Positions 40,327-51,409 are shown, counted from the first letter of the stretch. The stretch is 64,000 bases of DNA from Methanocaldococcus indicus (GCF_049554935.1 NZ_CP186926.1:480001-544000); one strand, 5' to 3'. Program-made: numbers and translations. Notes: a model not told the origin generated them from the sequence alone.

Positions 40327-42432
40327 ATGATAATTAATGAGGAAGATTTTAGAATAAAATACGAGATTCCTATAAAAAGATTCATAAAAGAAGAGTTATC
40401 AAGGAATATTATAGATAAAGTTTTTGTTTTTGACATAAAAAAATTTTTAGAAGAATTTCCTGAACTTGGAGAGCTAAATGATATAATTATTAAATATCCT
40501 AAATTTTCAGAAGATATTATTTTAGATATTTTCAAAGAGGCATATTATGAGCTTTTTGGAGAAGAAAATAACTTAGAAAAGATGCAAATAGCATTTAAAA
40601 ATCCTATTGGATGCTATAAATTAATTGATGAAATTTCAGCAGAGGATATTAATAGATTGGTAGAATTTGAAGGAAATATTATAAAAGCTGGAAAAGTTTG
40701 TGCTCTATTAAAGAGAGCTTGCTTTGTTTGCCCAAAATGTGGAAAAATAATTTACAAAAACATATACAACTACTTTGAAAAAATATCTTCAACATGTATT
40801 GAATGTAATGAAAAAATGTTATTAGATGAAGATGAATCAACATATATAAATATCCAAGAATTAGAAATACAGCAACCAATTGATTTAATGAAAAATCCAG
40901 ATGACCCACCAAGGAGTATAAGAGTGTTTTTAGAAAATAGTAATGGGATATACTCTGGAAGAGTAAATGTAGTTGGGACAGTCTTAAAAAAAAGAAGTAA
41001 AAGCAACATTCCTGTTTATGAGATATTTGTAAGAAGTAATTTTGTTAGGATATCTGAAAGCTATCAGAAGATAGAAGTTAGAGATATCCTTTATAAAGAA
41101 GATATTTTAGAGACACTATATGAGTTAGGTAGAAAGAAAAATATTGTTGATATTCTATCAGAATTTTTAATATCACAAATTAAAGGCTATGAACTTGTAA
41201 AAAAATCTATTTTCTTACAACAAATTAAAGGTGCCTTTAAATATCTCCCAGATGGCTCACCTTTAAGGAGAGACAGTCATATTTTACTAATAACTGACCC
41301 AGGAATTGGAAAAACTACTATGCTTAAAAGGATAGCAAGACTCTTTCCACAGAATGCTTATGCATCAGTAACAACAGCAACAGGTGGAGGATTAACTGCA
41401 ATAGTAACAAGAGAATCAACAGAGATAGGTGATGGTTGGGTTGTAAAGCCAGGTGTTTTTGTTAAGGCAAATGAAGGAACAGCATGTATTGATGAGCTAA
41501 CAGTAGATAAAAATGTTATGAGGTATATTTTAGAGGCTATGGAAAATCAGACAATCCATATAAATAAAGGAGGTTTAAATGTAAAACTACCTGCAAGATG
41601 TGCTGTTTTAGCAGCATGTAATCCAAAAAGGGGGAGATTTGATAGGAACTTAACTGTTATAGAACAGATAGATATTCCAGCTCCTTTATTAAGTAGATTT
41701 GATTTAATCTTCCCACTAATGGATATACCAAATAAAGAAAATGATGAGTTAATAGCTGAGCATATATTGGAGACACATATAGAAACAGCTAAGAAAGAAT
41801 ACAATATTTTAGGAGAGATTGAAGTGGATGGAATAAAGGTAGATGAAAATCTTCTAAAATATTATATAATATTTGCAAGAAGTTGCTCATATATTGAAGA
41901 AAACCAGGAGATATATTTGGGAGAATTTGATGAAAAAAAGCTTATTATGCCTTATCTAACTAACGAAGCAAAAAAGATAGCTAAAAAATACTACTTAGAA
42001 ATGAGAAAGTTAGGAGAGGGAGATAATCCAATACCAATAACTGCAAGACAGTTAGAGGCAATAGTAAGATTGGCTGAGATGCATGCTAAGGCAAGATTGT
42101 CATATACAGTAGATAAGGAAGATGTAGAAAATGCTATAAATATTATTGATTATTGTTTAAAAGAGATAGCTTATGACCCAGAAACTGGAACAATAGATTT
42201 AGATAAAATATCTGGAACTCCAAAATCAAGAAGAGATAAAATGGATTTAGTTTTAGGGATTATAAGAGAGTTATGTAGTTTGAGAGATGATAAATTAGCT
42301 CCTGAGGAAGAGATTGTGGAGAAAGCTATAAATGAGGGGTTATCTGAGGATGATGTATATAAAGCATTAGAATATCTAAAAAAAGCAGGAGATATTTATC
42401 AGCCAAGATATGGATTTTATGCATTATTGTGA
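40327..42432 (+). CDS. mcm: MCM replicative helicase
   Basis: CxxC..CxxC finger, DPGIGKT, CIDE, LLSRFD and TARQLE motifs. C-terminal winged helix, no intein. Confidence 0.96.
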   Translation: MIINEEDFRIKYEIPIKRFIKEELSRNIIDKVFVFDIKKFLEEFPELGELNDIIIKYPKFSEDIILDIFKEAYYELFGEENNLEKMQIAFKNPIGCYKLIDEISAEDINRLVEFEGNIIKAGKVCALLKRACFVCPKCGKIIYKNIYNYFEKISSTCIECNEKMLLDEDESTYINIQELEIQQPIDLMKNPDDPPRSIRVFLENSNGIYSGRVNVVGTVLKKRSKSNIPVYEIFVRSNFVRISESYQKIEVRDILYKEDILETLYELGRKKNIVDILSEFLISQIKGYELVKKSIFLQQIKGAFKYLPDGSPLRRDSHILLITDPGIGKTTMLKRIARLFPQNAYASVTTATGGGLTAIVTRESTEIGDGWVVKPGVFVKANEGTACIDELTVDKNVMRYILEAMENQTIHINKGGLNVKLPARCAVLAACNPKRGRFDRNLTVIEQIDIPAPLLSRFDLIFPLMDIPNKENDELIAEHILETHIETAKKEYNILGEIEVDGIKVDENLLKYYIIFARSCSYIEENQEIYLGEFDEKKLIMPYLTNEAKKIAKKYYLEMRKLGEGDNPIPITARQLEAIVRLAEMHAKARLSYTVDKEDVENAINIIDYCLKEIAYDPETGTIDLDKISGTPKSRRDKMDLVLGIIRELCSLRDDKLAPEEEIVEKAINEGLSEDDVYKALEYLKKAGDIYQPRYGFYALL

Positions 42433-42444
42433 GGGGATAACTAA

Positions 42445-42804
42445 ATGATATTTGACAACTATAAAAGATATTTAGAGTTTATAGAGAAAAAAAAGGTAGA
42501 ATTAAGAGGGGAGTATGGAAGTATATTAACTATGGAAGGATATGTTAGAAACTACCATGTAAAAGATGGAAAAAAGATTCCTGCTGAAAAGATGGTTATA
42601 AATAAAGAGGTTATAGATAAAATAAAAGATATCCCTCAAATTGCAAAAGAGAAATATAATTTATTGGAGGTTGTTATCTTTCATAATTATGGGGAGTTAA
42701 AGGTTGGGGAGAGAATAACATCTATAACTATATTTTCAAGACATAGATATGAGGCATTTGAAGCTATAAAGTATATAATAGATGAAATTAAAAAATTTCA
42801 TTAA
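42445..42804 (+). CDS. moaE: Molybdopterin synthase catalytic subunit (short archaeal type)
   Basis: G.VRN, H..G.LKVGE and HR.EAFEA...IID..K motifs. Confidence 0.85.
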   Translation: MIFDNYKRYLEFIEKKKVELRGEYGSILTMEGYVRNYHVKDGKKIPAEKMVINKEVIDKIKDIPQIAKEKYNLLEVVIFHNYGELKVGERITSITIFSRHRYEAFEAIKYIIDEIKKFH

Positions 42805-44024
42805 ATTTTTTTATAAATATCTTCAATAATTTCTACTTTTTTTACAACTTCTAAAATATCTTTTCCTAAAACTCTTATTATTGGTTCTTTTCCAATATCT
42901 CCTGTATCATAGACAATATCAGCATCTTTATTTCTTGATAATGCCTCTTTTATTCCCCATTCCATAGTAGATACATTCTTTGGTTCTTTTTTTCTGTCAA
43001 AGTAAGATACTTTAAACTTATCTTCTAATTTTTCTATAAGTTCTTCACTATATTTTATATTCATCCCTGCTCTAATTGAAGGATTTATTTTATTGGCTGA
43101 TAACACTAACCTTGATACATGCCCTCTAATACCAAATTTAAACCTACCACAAACATAAAATTTATTTTCTTCTTCTTTATTTTTTACAATTCTACCTGTT
43201 AATGATGCTATATCTTCATAACTCTTTGGTAAAATTAAGCATTCAGCTAAATTACTTCCAATCTCTGGAATTAAAGAGAAATTTATTTTTCTTAGGTATT
43301 CTAATGCATAATATAAATTTTTTAAAATCTTTTCTTTATTTATATGTTTTGGATTTGAGTTGTATCCAAATTTTGTTTTTTCTGCATATATAACTGATGA
43401 TATAGCCAATTTTTTAGCTTCTTCAATACTTTCAAATAAGTTATAACCTAAAAATAAAAATGAAGTTATTGCTGTTGAATACACACAACCAGTTCCATGA
43501 ACATCTCTATCCAACTTAACTCCATAAAACTCCTTTATTAGTTCATTATTCTTTATCAATTTATCATTTATTCCAGTTATTAGAATATAGTTTTTATAGT
43601 CACTAAGATAGTCCTTTAATACTCTGTATTCTTTCTCATTTGGGGTTATTAAATAAGATGAATTGATTAACTCTAAATATTTATCTAAATTTTCTATAAA
43701 CTTATACTTTGTAGAAGACTCTAAAACAGGGTCTAAAATAACCTTTAAATCATATTTTTTTATATATTCAACAATTAAGTCAATACATTCCCCACTAACA
43801 ACTCCAACTTTTACCCACTTTATATAATACTCTTCAAAAATTGATTTTAGCTGATTTTCTATATTCTCAATTGGTAAGTCATATTTTTCATAAACCTTTA
43901 AGTTATTTTGTGGGATGATTGATGTTGTTACTACTCTTGGATTTATATTTAGTTCTCTACAAACCTTTAAATCTGCTAATACTCCTGCTCCACCACTTGG
44001 GTCATAACCAGCAATTATAAGCAA
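42801..44024 (-). CDS. thiDN: Bifunctional ThiD-ThiN (HMP-P kinase / thiamine-phosphate synthase)
   Basis: AG.DPSGGAG, DPV, TPN..E and HGTGC, followed by the ThiN domain (LIPEIG.N, GDIGKEP). Confidence 0.9.
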   Translation of the reverse strand: MLIIAGYDPSGGAGVLADLKVCRELNINPRVVTTSIIPQNNLKVYEKYDLPIENIENQLKSIFEEYYIKWVKVGVVSGECIDLIVEYIKKYDLKVILDPVLESSTKYKFIENLDKYLELINSSYLITPNEKEYRVLKDYLSDYKNYILITGINDKLIKNNELIKEFYGVKLDRDVHGTGCVYSTAITSFLFLGYNLFESIEEAKKLAISSVIYAEKTKFGYNSNPKHINKEKILKNLYYALEYLRKINFSLIPEIGSNLAECLILPKSYEDIASLTGRIVKNKEEENKFYVCGRFKFGIRGHVSRLVLSANKINPSIRAGMNIKYSEELIEKLEDKFKVSYFDRKKEPKNVSTMEWGIKEALSRNKDADIVYDTGDIGKEPIIRVLGKDILEVVKKVEIIEDIYKKI

Positions 44025-44028
44025 AATC

Positions 44029-44709
44029 TCACCAAAAATCAGTTAAACTCTTCTGTTTATACTTACTTTTTATTTTTTCTAATGTTTTCCACTTCTCTCT
44101 AACTATTTCAGGAAATTTATCATGTTTTTTATAATAATCCTCTAAAAATTTTATAGTTCTCTCATCAGAAGGATATCCACTTCCAAAATCTCCATATTTA
44201 TTTTTATAATCCTCAATTATTTTATCTCTAACAACCTTAGCAATAATAGATGCTGCTGAAACAACTGGATACTTATCATCTGCCTTATGCTCAGCAATAA
44301 TATTAATTTTAATATTTCTCTTCTTTACTTCATCATCAACTAACTTTAAAAACTTCTCTTTTAATTTCTCTGAATTTGTTGAGCATGAATCTATTACAAC
44401 AGTTATATTTTTATTTTTAATATTTAAATCTTTTATTAAATTTTTAAAAGCTTTTGAAAATAGCTCTATTTCAATATCATTTAAATTTTTTTGTTCCATT
44501 AACTCATTCAATTCCTTAGGAGATAGAACAATAATTTTATAATTTCCAATATTTTCCAATAGTTTCTTTAATTCTTCTCTTTTCTTTTTTGTTAGCTTTT
44601 TACTATCTTTTATTATTGAGCTATCTAACTCCTTATCTGTTGTGTAGCAACATACAACCAATGGCCCTATAACTGGCCCTCTTCCAGCTTCATCAATACC
44701 AAAAATCAT
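44029..44709 (-). CDS. rnhB: Ribonuclease HII
   Basis: GIDEAGRGP, DSKKL, AASIIAKV.RD and GSGYPSD motifs. Confidence 0.96.
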   Translation of the reverse strand: MIFGIDEAGRGPVIGPLVVCCYTTDKELDSSIIKDSKKLTKKKREELKKLLENIGNYKIIVLSPKELNELMEQKNLNDIEIELFSKAFKNLIKDLNIKNKNITVVIDSCSTNSEKLKEKFLKLVDDEVKKRNIKINIIAEHKADDKYPVVSAASIIAKVVRDKIIEDYKNKYGDFGSGYPSDERTIKFLEDYYKKHDKFPEIVREKWKTLEKIKSKYKQKSLTDFW

Positions 44710-44710
44710 A

Positions 44711-46165
44711 TTAGATTACCTTACTCAATATTGAAACTATATTATACACCTTAATATTTGTATCTTCCAAAATATCTTTTAATTGATATTCACAAAATGG
44801 ACAGACAGTTATAACCCCTTCTACATCTAACTTCATAATGTCTTTTTTTCTTTTAGTTCCTATAATTTTAGATAACTCTGGATTGCCACTTCTAACTCCT
44901 CCACCAGCTCCACAACATTTGGCTGGAATTTCAACATATTCTAATTTAGGAATTGATTTTAAAATCTTTATTGGCTCATCTTTTATTTTTTGTCCTCTTA
45001 ACAGATGGCATGGATGGTGATAGGTAACTCTCATTTTTAGAGGTTTGTATTTTAAAAATCCTACTTCATTTATCAATTCAGTTATATCTCTAACATCCTC
45101 CAATTTATAATCATTTTTTAATGTGCTTCCACATCCAGCACATATAGTTACTATATATTTATAGTTGTATTTTTCTTTATATTCATTAAATATTCTTTTA
45201 TTCATCTCAATTAATTTATTTGCTATATCTCTCTGTCCAACTCTCAACATTGGAGATAAACAACATACTTGATTTTTAGGGACAACAACTGAAATATTGT
45301 GAGCATTCAAAACTTTTATTGTTTCATAAGCCAAATTTTTTAATCTGTAATCAACCAAACATCCTGTAAAAAATAGAACTTTAAATTTTTCATTTTCAGC
45401 TTTAAAATACTCTTTGTCTATCTCTTCCAAAAATGGAATATCTTCTTTTACAACACTTCTATTATATTTTAAAAGATTTTCTCTAACTTTTAAATGATTA
45501 TCTAAGTATAATCCTTTTTTAAAACTATATTCTCTTAATTTTTCAATAGCTTTTTTAACTATATCTATGTCCATTGGACAAACTTCAACACATTTGTGGC
45601 AAGTTGTGCAATTAAACAAATTCTCAAAGAATGCAATTTTTTCTCTATCTTCCTCATCCCTTACATCTTCTAAAAACCTTGCCAACTGTCTCATTATTGT
45701 AGCTCCAGGATAGTTTGAGTTTTCTCTTGCAGGACATAGAGATAAGCATGATAAACATTCAATACATGATTTTAGATTTTTTACTTTTTCAACTACATTA
45801 TCATCTATTTTTTCAATATACTCAGGATATTTTTTCCTAATTAAAAAGTTTCTTATATTTAAAAGCTTTTTATTATAGCTTTCTCTATCAACTATTAAAT
45901 CTCTAATTACTCTAAATCCCTTTAAAGCTTCTATAAGCATTCCATCTTTAACTTTTTCTACACATGCAAGTTTTGGCTCATTGTTTATTGTTAATGAACA
46001 ACTACCACACTGACAATTCCTACAAGAGTATCTAAATGCTATATCTGCATTATACTCTTTATTTATATATTCTAATGCTTCTAAGACAGTTAAGTTTTCT
46101 GGGACTTTATACTCTTCTATCCACTCCTTACCATCTTTAAATCTCTTTATTTTAATATTAATCAT
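44711..46165 (-). CDS. tfrB: Thiol:fumarate reductase subunit B
   Basis: 2Fe-2S (SCR..QCGSC), two 4Fe-4S clusters and two CCG-type domains. Confidence 0.88.
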   Translation of the reverse strand: MINIKIKRFKDGKEWIEEYKVPENLTVLEALEYINKEYNADIAFRYSCRNCQCGSCSLTINNEPKLACVEKVKDGMLIEALKGFRVIRDLIVDRESYNKKLLNIRNFLIRKKYPEYIEKIDDNVVEKVKNLKSCIECLSCLSLCPARENSNYPGATIMRQLARFLEDVRDEEDREKIAFFENLFNCTTCHKCVEVCPMDIDIVKKAIEKLREYSFKKGLYLDNHLKVRENLLKYNRSVVKEDIPFLEEIDKEYFKAENEKFKVLFFTGCLVDYRLKNLAYETIKVLNAHNISVVVPKNQVCCLSPMLRVGQRDIANKLIEMNKRIFNEYKEKYNYKYIVTICAGCGSTLKNDYKLEDVRDITELINEVGFLKYKPLKMRVTYHHPCHLLRGQKIKDEPIKILKSIPKLEYVEIPAKCCGAGGGVRSGNPELSKIIGTKRKKDIMKLDVEGVITVCPFCEYQLKDILEDTNIKVYNIVSILSKVI

Positions 46166-47187
46166 AGACAATTCCTCAACAGTTTTTCTTCAACTTTTTC
46201 TTTAATAACTCTTCCAGATATACCTTTTGATATACAATAGACAGCTAATCCTCCAGCACCTACACCTTCCTTAACAGAGCCATAGCAATAATTTTTTAAT
46301 CCCTCTATTTTAGATTCTTCAAAGTATAATTTAGCTCCATAAACAGGAATTTTTCCAATTTCATTAACTAATCCTAATAAATCAGAGTTCTTATCATTAA
46401 TAACAAATTCAGTTGTAGCTAAGCAGATATTTTTTAAAGCTTTTTTATCAATCTCCTTAATAACTGATAAAACAGCAGCCATCTGTGTTCCTCCTGCCAA
46501 CATAACTTTTTTATTTTCTTCTGAGAAAGAGATAGATAAACCTGCAACAACAGGCATCATTTTGTCTCCAACAGCATTTAATACACTAAAAACATCTCCT
46601 CCTTTAATTTTTTTTAGACCTTCGTTGACAATCTTTAATTTTAAATCATGAGGATTGTTAATAGAGCCAGAGCTCACTTTTCCTTCAGCATTGTATCCTA
46701 AACCTAATAAAACACCTAATGCTGTTGTTGTTCCGCCAGGCACACATTCCCCCAATATTAAACTTTCACAATTTAAATTCTTTCCTAATAAATAAGATTT
46801 ATAGAAAAGTTCTTCACTATCTTCAATAGCTTCTCCTTTTTCAATCCTTCCAGTAGGTTTTTCATCCATATCTATATATGGAAGTTTTGGCTTAACAAAA
46901 GAGCCTGCATCTACAACAAGAGATTTAATATTTTTTAGTTCTATACACACTCTACTTATTATAGCAGGAGTAGGAGAAAAAGAGCTATCAAAAGGTATCT
47001 TTTTTAAAGTTTTTACTTCACCATAAAAAACTAATTCAGCATCTAAGGCTGGAGTATATCTAATAATATCTTTATGAACCCCAGAGATAGGATAATAAAG
47101 AGTTGTCTCAATAGATGATAATGTTAAAATAAAAAGGGGATTTTGAAAATCCTCTAAAAAATTAGAATCATTAAATTTCAAAATCAT
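46162..47187 (-). CDS. cobT: Nicotinate-nucleotide:DMB phosphoribosyltransferase, archaeal type
   Basis: TP..DAE, PTPA, GECVPGGTTTA, LAGGTQM and KEGVGAGG motifs. Confidence 0.9.
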   Translation of the reverse strand: MILKFNDSNFLEDFQNPLFILTLSSIETTLYYPISGVHKDIIRYTPALDAELVFYGEVKTLKKIPFDSSFSPTPAIISRVCIELKNIKSLVVDAGSFVKPKLPYIDMDEKPTGRIEKGEAIEDSEELFYKSYLLGKNLNCESLILGECVPGGTTTALGVLLGLGYNAEGKVSSGSINNPHDLKLKIVNEGLKKIKGGDVFSVLNAVGDKMMPVVAGLSISFSEENKKVMLAGGTQMAAVLSVIKEIDKKALKNICLATTEFVINDKNSDLLGLVNEIGKIPVYGAKLYFEESKIEGLKNYCYGSVKEGVGAGGLAVYCISKGISGRVIKEKVEEKLLRNCL

Positions 47188-47208
47188 TCCTTTCACTCAA
47201 AGAACAAT

Positions 47209-47697
47209 TTAGAGCTGTTCTAATAACTCTTTCAATTTTTCTTTAACTAACTCTAACTTCTTAGATAGCTCTTCATTTTCTTTTTTAACTTTTTCTAATT
47301 CATCTTGTAGTTTTTTAATTTCTTCTACATCTTCTTTTATTTTTTCTCTTAAAGATACTGCTTCTAAGAATTTCTCAACTTCTTCAATACTCAACTTACC
47401 TTCTTTTAACAACTCATAAGTTTCCATAACCAATTTTCCAGCTTTTGTCTCTCCCTTTAAATGTTTTCTAATTGTTTGTTCAGTTCTACCAAGCTCTTCA
47501 GCTATCTCACTAACAGTATATCCTGCCTTAGCCCTTGCCAATGCACCTGCAGCAATAGCTAAAGAATCTACCCATGTAACTTTTTCTATTGGGTCTTTAA
47601 TTAACTCTAATATTTCTGGTCTGAAAAGAGTCCCTAATATTAAGACATGCTCTAACTTATGAATATCTGATTTTGATGTAGGAATTAGTGGAAGCAT
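47209..47697 (-). CDS. HTH transcriptional regulator with C-terminal coiled coil
   Basis: TWVDSLA.AA.A and TVSEIAEELGRTEQTIRKHL motifs. Confidence 0.85.
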   Translation of the reverse strand: MLPLIPTSKSDIHKLEHVLILGTLFRPEILELIKDPIEKVTWVDSLAIAAGALARAKAGYTVSEIAEELGRTEQTIRKHLKGETKAGKLVMETYELLKEGKLSIEEVEKFLEAVSLREKIKEDVEEIKKLQDELEKVKKENEELSKKLELVKEKLKELLEQL

Positions 47698-47759
47698 ATT
47701 TTATCACCTAATATTTCTACTACCTTATATTTTTATAACTATATTATATAATTTACTAT

Positions 47760-48398
47760 TTATTTCATTATAAAATTAATCCAATATTTCTCTTCATTCT
47801 CAATAACGCCTATTATTTTAGTTTTTCCATATTTTTCAATAGTTTCAAATGTTTTCTCATAAAATAAAACATCTTTTAAAGGAGTTATGCAGTTGATAAT
47901 AACTCCTTTCACATTAATGCCTTTATTTCTTAGATGCTCAATAGTTAATAAAGTATGGTTTATTGTCCCTAAATTTGGTCTTGAAACTATAACTGCATCT
48001 AAATCTAAAAATTTAATTAAATCACTCATTAGAAAGTTATCTTTTATAGGGACACAAACACCTCCAGCTCCTTCAACAATTAGAAAATCATATTTATTTT
48101 TTAAATATTCAAAACTTTCTTTTATTTTATTTTTTATTTCATCTAATGTTAAATGAGAATTTTCAACTTCAAAAGCAATATTGGGGGAAAGTGGAAGTTT
48201 TAAGTTTATTGGATTTATAATATTTAAATCATCATCTAAATTTAAAGCTTTTTTTAAAGTTATAGTGTCTTCTCTACCTCCTGTTTCTATTGGTTTTAAA
48301 TATCCAACATTTATTCCTTCTTTTTTTAGTTCTTTACCTAAAATTTTAGATGTATATGTTTTACCAACCCCTGTATCAGTTCCAGTAATAAAAATCAT
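47760..48398 (-). CDS. bioD: Dethiobiotin synthase
   Basis: TGTDTGVGKT, KPI.TG, EGAGG and LGTINHT motifs. Confidence 0.96.
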   Translation of the reverse strand: MIFITGTDTGVGKTYTSKILGKELKKEGINVGYLKPIETGGREDTITLKKALNLDDDLNIINPINLKLPLSPNIAFEVENSHLTLDEIKNKIKESFEYLKNKYDFLIVEGAGGVCVPIKDNFLMSDLIKFLDLDAVIVSRPNLGTINHTLLTIEHLRNKGINVKGVIINCITPLKDVLFYEKTFETIEKYGKTKIIGVIENEEKYWINFIMK

Positions 48399-48451
48399 TT
48401 TTTAATCACCAAAAGTTGCTAAAAATTGTAATATATAATGATATAACTCTT

Positions 48452-49819
48452 TTATCTATTCTTAACTTTTTTAAAGTTTATTTCTGTTGGATATTCTCCT
48501 GTTAGACAAGCTAAACATAAATCTTTTCTACCAATTGCTTTTAATAAACCTTCAATTGATATATAACCTATAGAATCTACACCAAGTTTTTTTCTAATTT
48601 CTTCTAAACTTTTATTATGTGCTATTAACTCCTCTTTTGTGGCCATATCTATTCCATAGTAACAAGGGGATATTATTCTTGGACATCCAATTCTTAAATG
48701 GACTTCTTTAGCTCCAACTTTCCTAACCATATTTACTATTCTTTTTGATGTAGTCCCTCTTACTATACTGTCATCTACCAATACAACTCTCTTATTTTCT
48801 AACAAACTTCTTACTGGGGCTAACTTTAATCTTACAGCTAATTCTCTCTCATTTTGAGAAGGCAAAATAAAGGTTCTTCCAGTGTATTTATTTTTTATTA
48901 AGGCTTCATAGTATGGGATATTTGACTCCTCAGCAAATCCAATTGCAAAAGCATTCCCAGAGTCAGGTATAGGAGAAACTAAATCAGCTGAAACTGGATG
49001 TTCCTTAGCCAACATCTTTCCTATATCTCTCCTAACTTTATATACACTTATCCCATCTATTGTAGAGTCTGGTCTGGCAAAGTATATGTATTCAAACATA
49101 CATGTTGTAGCTTTATTATTGTTAGAAATTTTATAACTCTCCATACCATCTTTATTTATAACTACTATCTCTCCTGGTTGAACATCTTTTAAAAAAGAGA
49201 CATCCAAAGTAGTTAAAGCACAATCTTCTGATGAGACATATATATTTTCTCCATCTTCTCCAATACATAATGGTTTAAATCCATGTTTATCTCTAACAGC
49301 AACTAAACAATCTTCAAACATAATTAACAAAGAATATGCTCCAACTAATTTATCTAAAACATTTTTTATAGCTTCAATTCTATCATCTGTTTTTAATAAC
49401 TCTCTAACTAAGAGTTGAGCTATAACCTCAGAGTCAGAAGTAGATGTGAATATATGCCCCTTCTTTTCTAATTCTATTCTTAACTCCTCAGAATTTACAA
49501 TATCTCCATTATGGGCTATTGCAATCTGCCCAAAAGAGCTTTTGACAACAAATGGCTGACAATTCTCAACAGATTTTATTCCAGTTGTTGAATACCTAAC
49601 ATGTCCTATTCCAATATGTCCAAACAAATTTTGTAAAATATCATCTTTGAAAACTTCTGTAACTAAACCTATATTTTTATAATACCCTATATTCTTCCCA
49701 TCACTTACTGCTATCCCAGCACCTTCTTGGCCCCTATGTTGTAAAGCAAACAATCCATAGTAAATCTTTTTAGATACATTTAAATTTTCATAAGAATATA
49801 TTCCAAAAATCCCACACAT
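48452..49819 (-). CDS. purF: Amidophosphoribosyltransferase
   Basis: MCGIFG, LQHRGQE, GHVRYST and VDDSIVRGTT motifs. Confidence 0.97.
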   Translation of the reverse strand: MCGIFGIYSYENLNVSKKIYYGLFALQHRGQEGAGIAVSDGKNIGYYKNIGLVTEVFKDDILQNLFGHIGIGHVRYSTTGIKSVENCQPFVVKSSFGQIAIAHNGDIVNSEELRIELEKKGHIFTSTSDSEVIAQLLVRELLKTDDRIEAIKNVLDKLVGAYSLLIMFEDCLVAVRDKHGFKPLCIGEDGENIYVSSEDCALTTLDVSFLKDVQPGEIVVINKDGMESYKISNNNKATTCMFEYIYFARPDSTIDGISVYKVRRDIGKMLAKEHPVSADLVSPIPDSGNAFAIGFAEESNIPYYEALIKNKYTGRTFILPSQNERELAVRLKLAPVRSLLENKRVVLVDDSIVRGTTSKRIVNMVRKVGAKEVHLRIGCPRIISPCYYGIDMATKEELIAHNKSLEEIRKKLGVDSIGYISIEGLLKAIGRKDLCLACLTGEYPTEINFKKVKNR

Positions 49820-49821
49820 AT

Positions 49822-50109
49822 CTACTCACTTTTAAACAATTTTTCAATAACCTTGTTATCAATATAAAAATTAAATTTTTTAGCTTTGTATATTCTTTTT
49901 GTTCTGTTATTCTCTACAATTAAATTAGATTCTATTAAATTAGCTTTTTCTAATTTTTTTATATGAGCATATAGAACAGGCCTCGAAAGGTTTAAAATTT
50001 TTGATAGTTCATAGATGCTCATTGGTTTATTATCCAAAATATATAAAATCTTTAATCTTATGGGATTAGATAATGCATCACAAATTTTTACAACATTTTC
50101 TAAATCCAT
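49822..50109 (-). CDS. ArsR-family winged-helix regulator
   Basis: ALSNP.RLKIL and ELSK.L.LSRP....H.KKL motifs. Confidence 0.9.
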   Translation of the reverse strand: MDLENVVKICDALSNPIRLKILYILDNKPMSIYELSKILNLSRPVLYAHIKKLEKANLIESNLIVENNRTKRIYKAKKFNFYIDNKVIEKLFKSE

Positions 50110-50113
50110 ATAT

Positions 50114-50329
50114 TCACTCAATTTCTTCCCATTTTTTCTCTAATTTTTTAGTTGTTTCTTTTATCTCTTCTATATCTTTCTCTATCTTTGTTAGTTTTTC
50201 ATGGTTTCTATTTATTTGTATGATTATATAAATTGATATTATGATTAAGATGAGTATTAAAATTTCCCATATAATACCTAAACCTCCAACTCCAAAATCA
50301 TGATTTATATATGGAGGAATATAAATCAC
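50114..50329 (-). CDS. Small single-pass membrane protein with coiled-coil tail
   Basis: 71 aa, one TM helix then a heptad-rich tail. Tightly linked to the ArsR gene. Confidence 0.7.
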   Translation of the reverse strand: MIYIPPYINHDFGVGGLGIIWEILILILIIISIYIIIQINRNHEKLTKIEKDIEEIKETTKKLEKKWEEIE

Positions 50330-50340
50330 CTTTTTTTAAT

Positions 50341-51381
50341 TCACTTTAATACTATATGTTTATTGTTATACTTTATAATAGAGCAATCCTCATATTCTTT
50401 ACCATCAATTTCTAACTTGTTATATACTCTACCAATTATATAGGCATCAATATCATATTTTTTAGCAATATCTATAATTTTCTTTACATCTTTCTCACTA
50501 ATTATAACACAAAAACCAATTCCCATATTAAAAGTTCTAAACATCTCTTCATCTGGAACATTTCCTAATCTTTGAATTTCTTTGAAAATTGGTAATGGTT
50601 CTGGTAGATTATCAATATAATAAACCATACTTTTTAATCTTCTTAATTTCCTAAAACTTCCTCCTGTTATGTGAGCAAGTCCTTTAACATTAACCTTCTT
50701 AATCATTTCTAAAACAGGTTTTACATAAATTTTTGTTGGAGTTAATAACTCTTCTTTTAATGTTTTTCCATAAGATAATTTATCATCCAACTTCATTTTA
50801 GCTATATCAAAAAATACCTTTCTTGCTAAACTAAGCCCATTACTATGTATCCCTGAACTTCTTAATCCAACTATAGCATCTCCTTCCTCTATTTTCTCTC
50901 CTGTTATAACAGCATCTTTTTTAACAATAGCTAAAACAGTCCCTGCCAAATCTATTCCATTTATTAAATCTGGAAGTGTTGCTGTTTCTCCACCTAAGAT
51001 GTTTATATTTGCTTCCTCAGCCCCTTTATTTAAACCTTCTCCAATTTGTTTGGCTATCTCTTCATCAATATATCCAACAGCTAAATAATCTACCAAAGCA
51101 ACAGGTTCAGCTCCTATACAGATAGCATCATTTACATTCATTGCTATCATGTCAATAGCAACTGTATCAAACTTCTTAGCTTTTTCAGCTATAATCATCT
51201 TACTTCCAACACCATCAGTTGATAAAACCAAATAATAGTCTCCAAACTCAATTCCTCCTGCATAATGTCCTAAAAAATTAGGTTTATAGTCATCTCTCTT
51301 AAATTTTATTTGTGAAATTAATGCCTTTATTACTTTATCCTCCTTATCAATATCTACTCCTGCATCTTTGTAGGTAACCAT
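50341..51381 (-). CDS. purM: AIR synthase
   Basis: Y.DAGVD, TDGVGSK, GGETA, SSG.HSNG and TFNMG motifs. Confidence 0.97.
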   Translation of the reverse strand: MVTYKDAGVDIDKEDKVIKALISQIKFKRDDYKPNFLGHYAGGIEFGDYYLVLSTDGVGSKMIIAEKAKKFDTVAIDMIAMNVNDAICIGAEPVALVDYLAVGYIDEEIAKQIGEGLNKGAEEANINILGGETATLPDLINGIDLAGTVLAIVKKDAVITGEKIEEGDAIVGLRSSGIHSNGLSLARKVFFDIAKMKLDDKLSYGKTLKEELLTPTKIYVKPVLEMIKKVNVKGLAHITGGSFRKLRRLKSMVYYIDNLPEPLPIFKEIQRLGNVPDEEMFRTFNMGIGFCVIISEKDVKKIIDIAKKYDIDAYIIGRVYNKLEIDGKEYEDCSIIKYNNKHIVLK

Positions 51382-51409
51382 AAAATATTACCTCCTAATT
51401 ATATTGTCT

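Noticed and set aside
38987-42432. MCM plus nuclease as an integrated plasmid or virus
   Set aside because: No integrase or att repeats, host-like composition, and coupling to housekeeping moaE.
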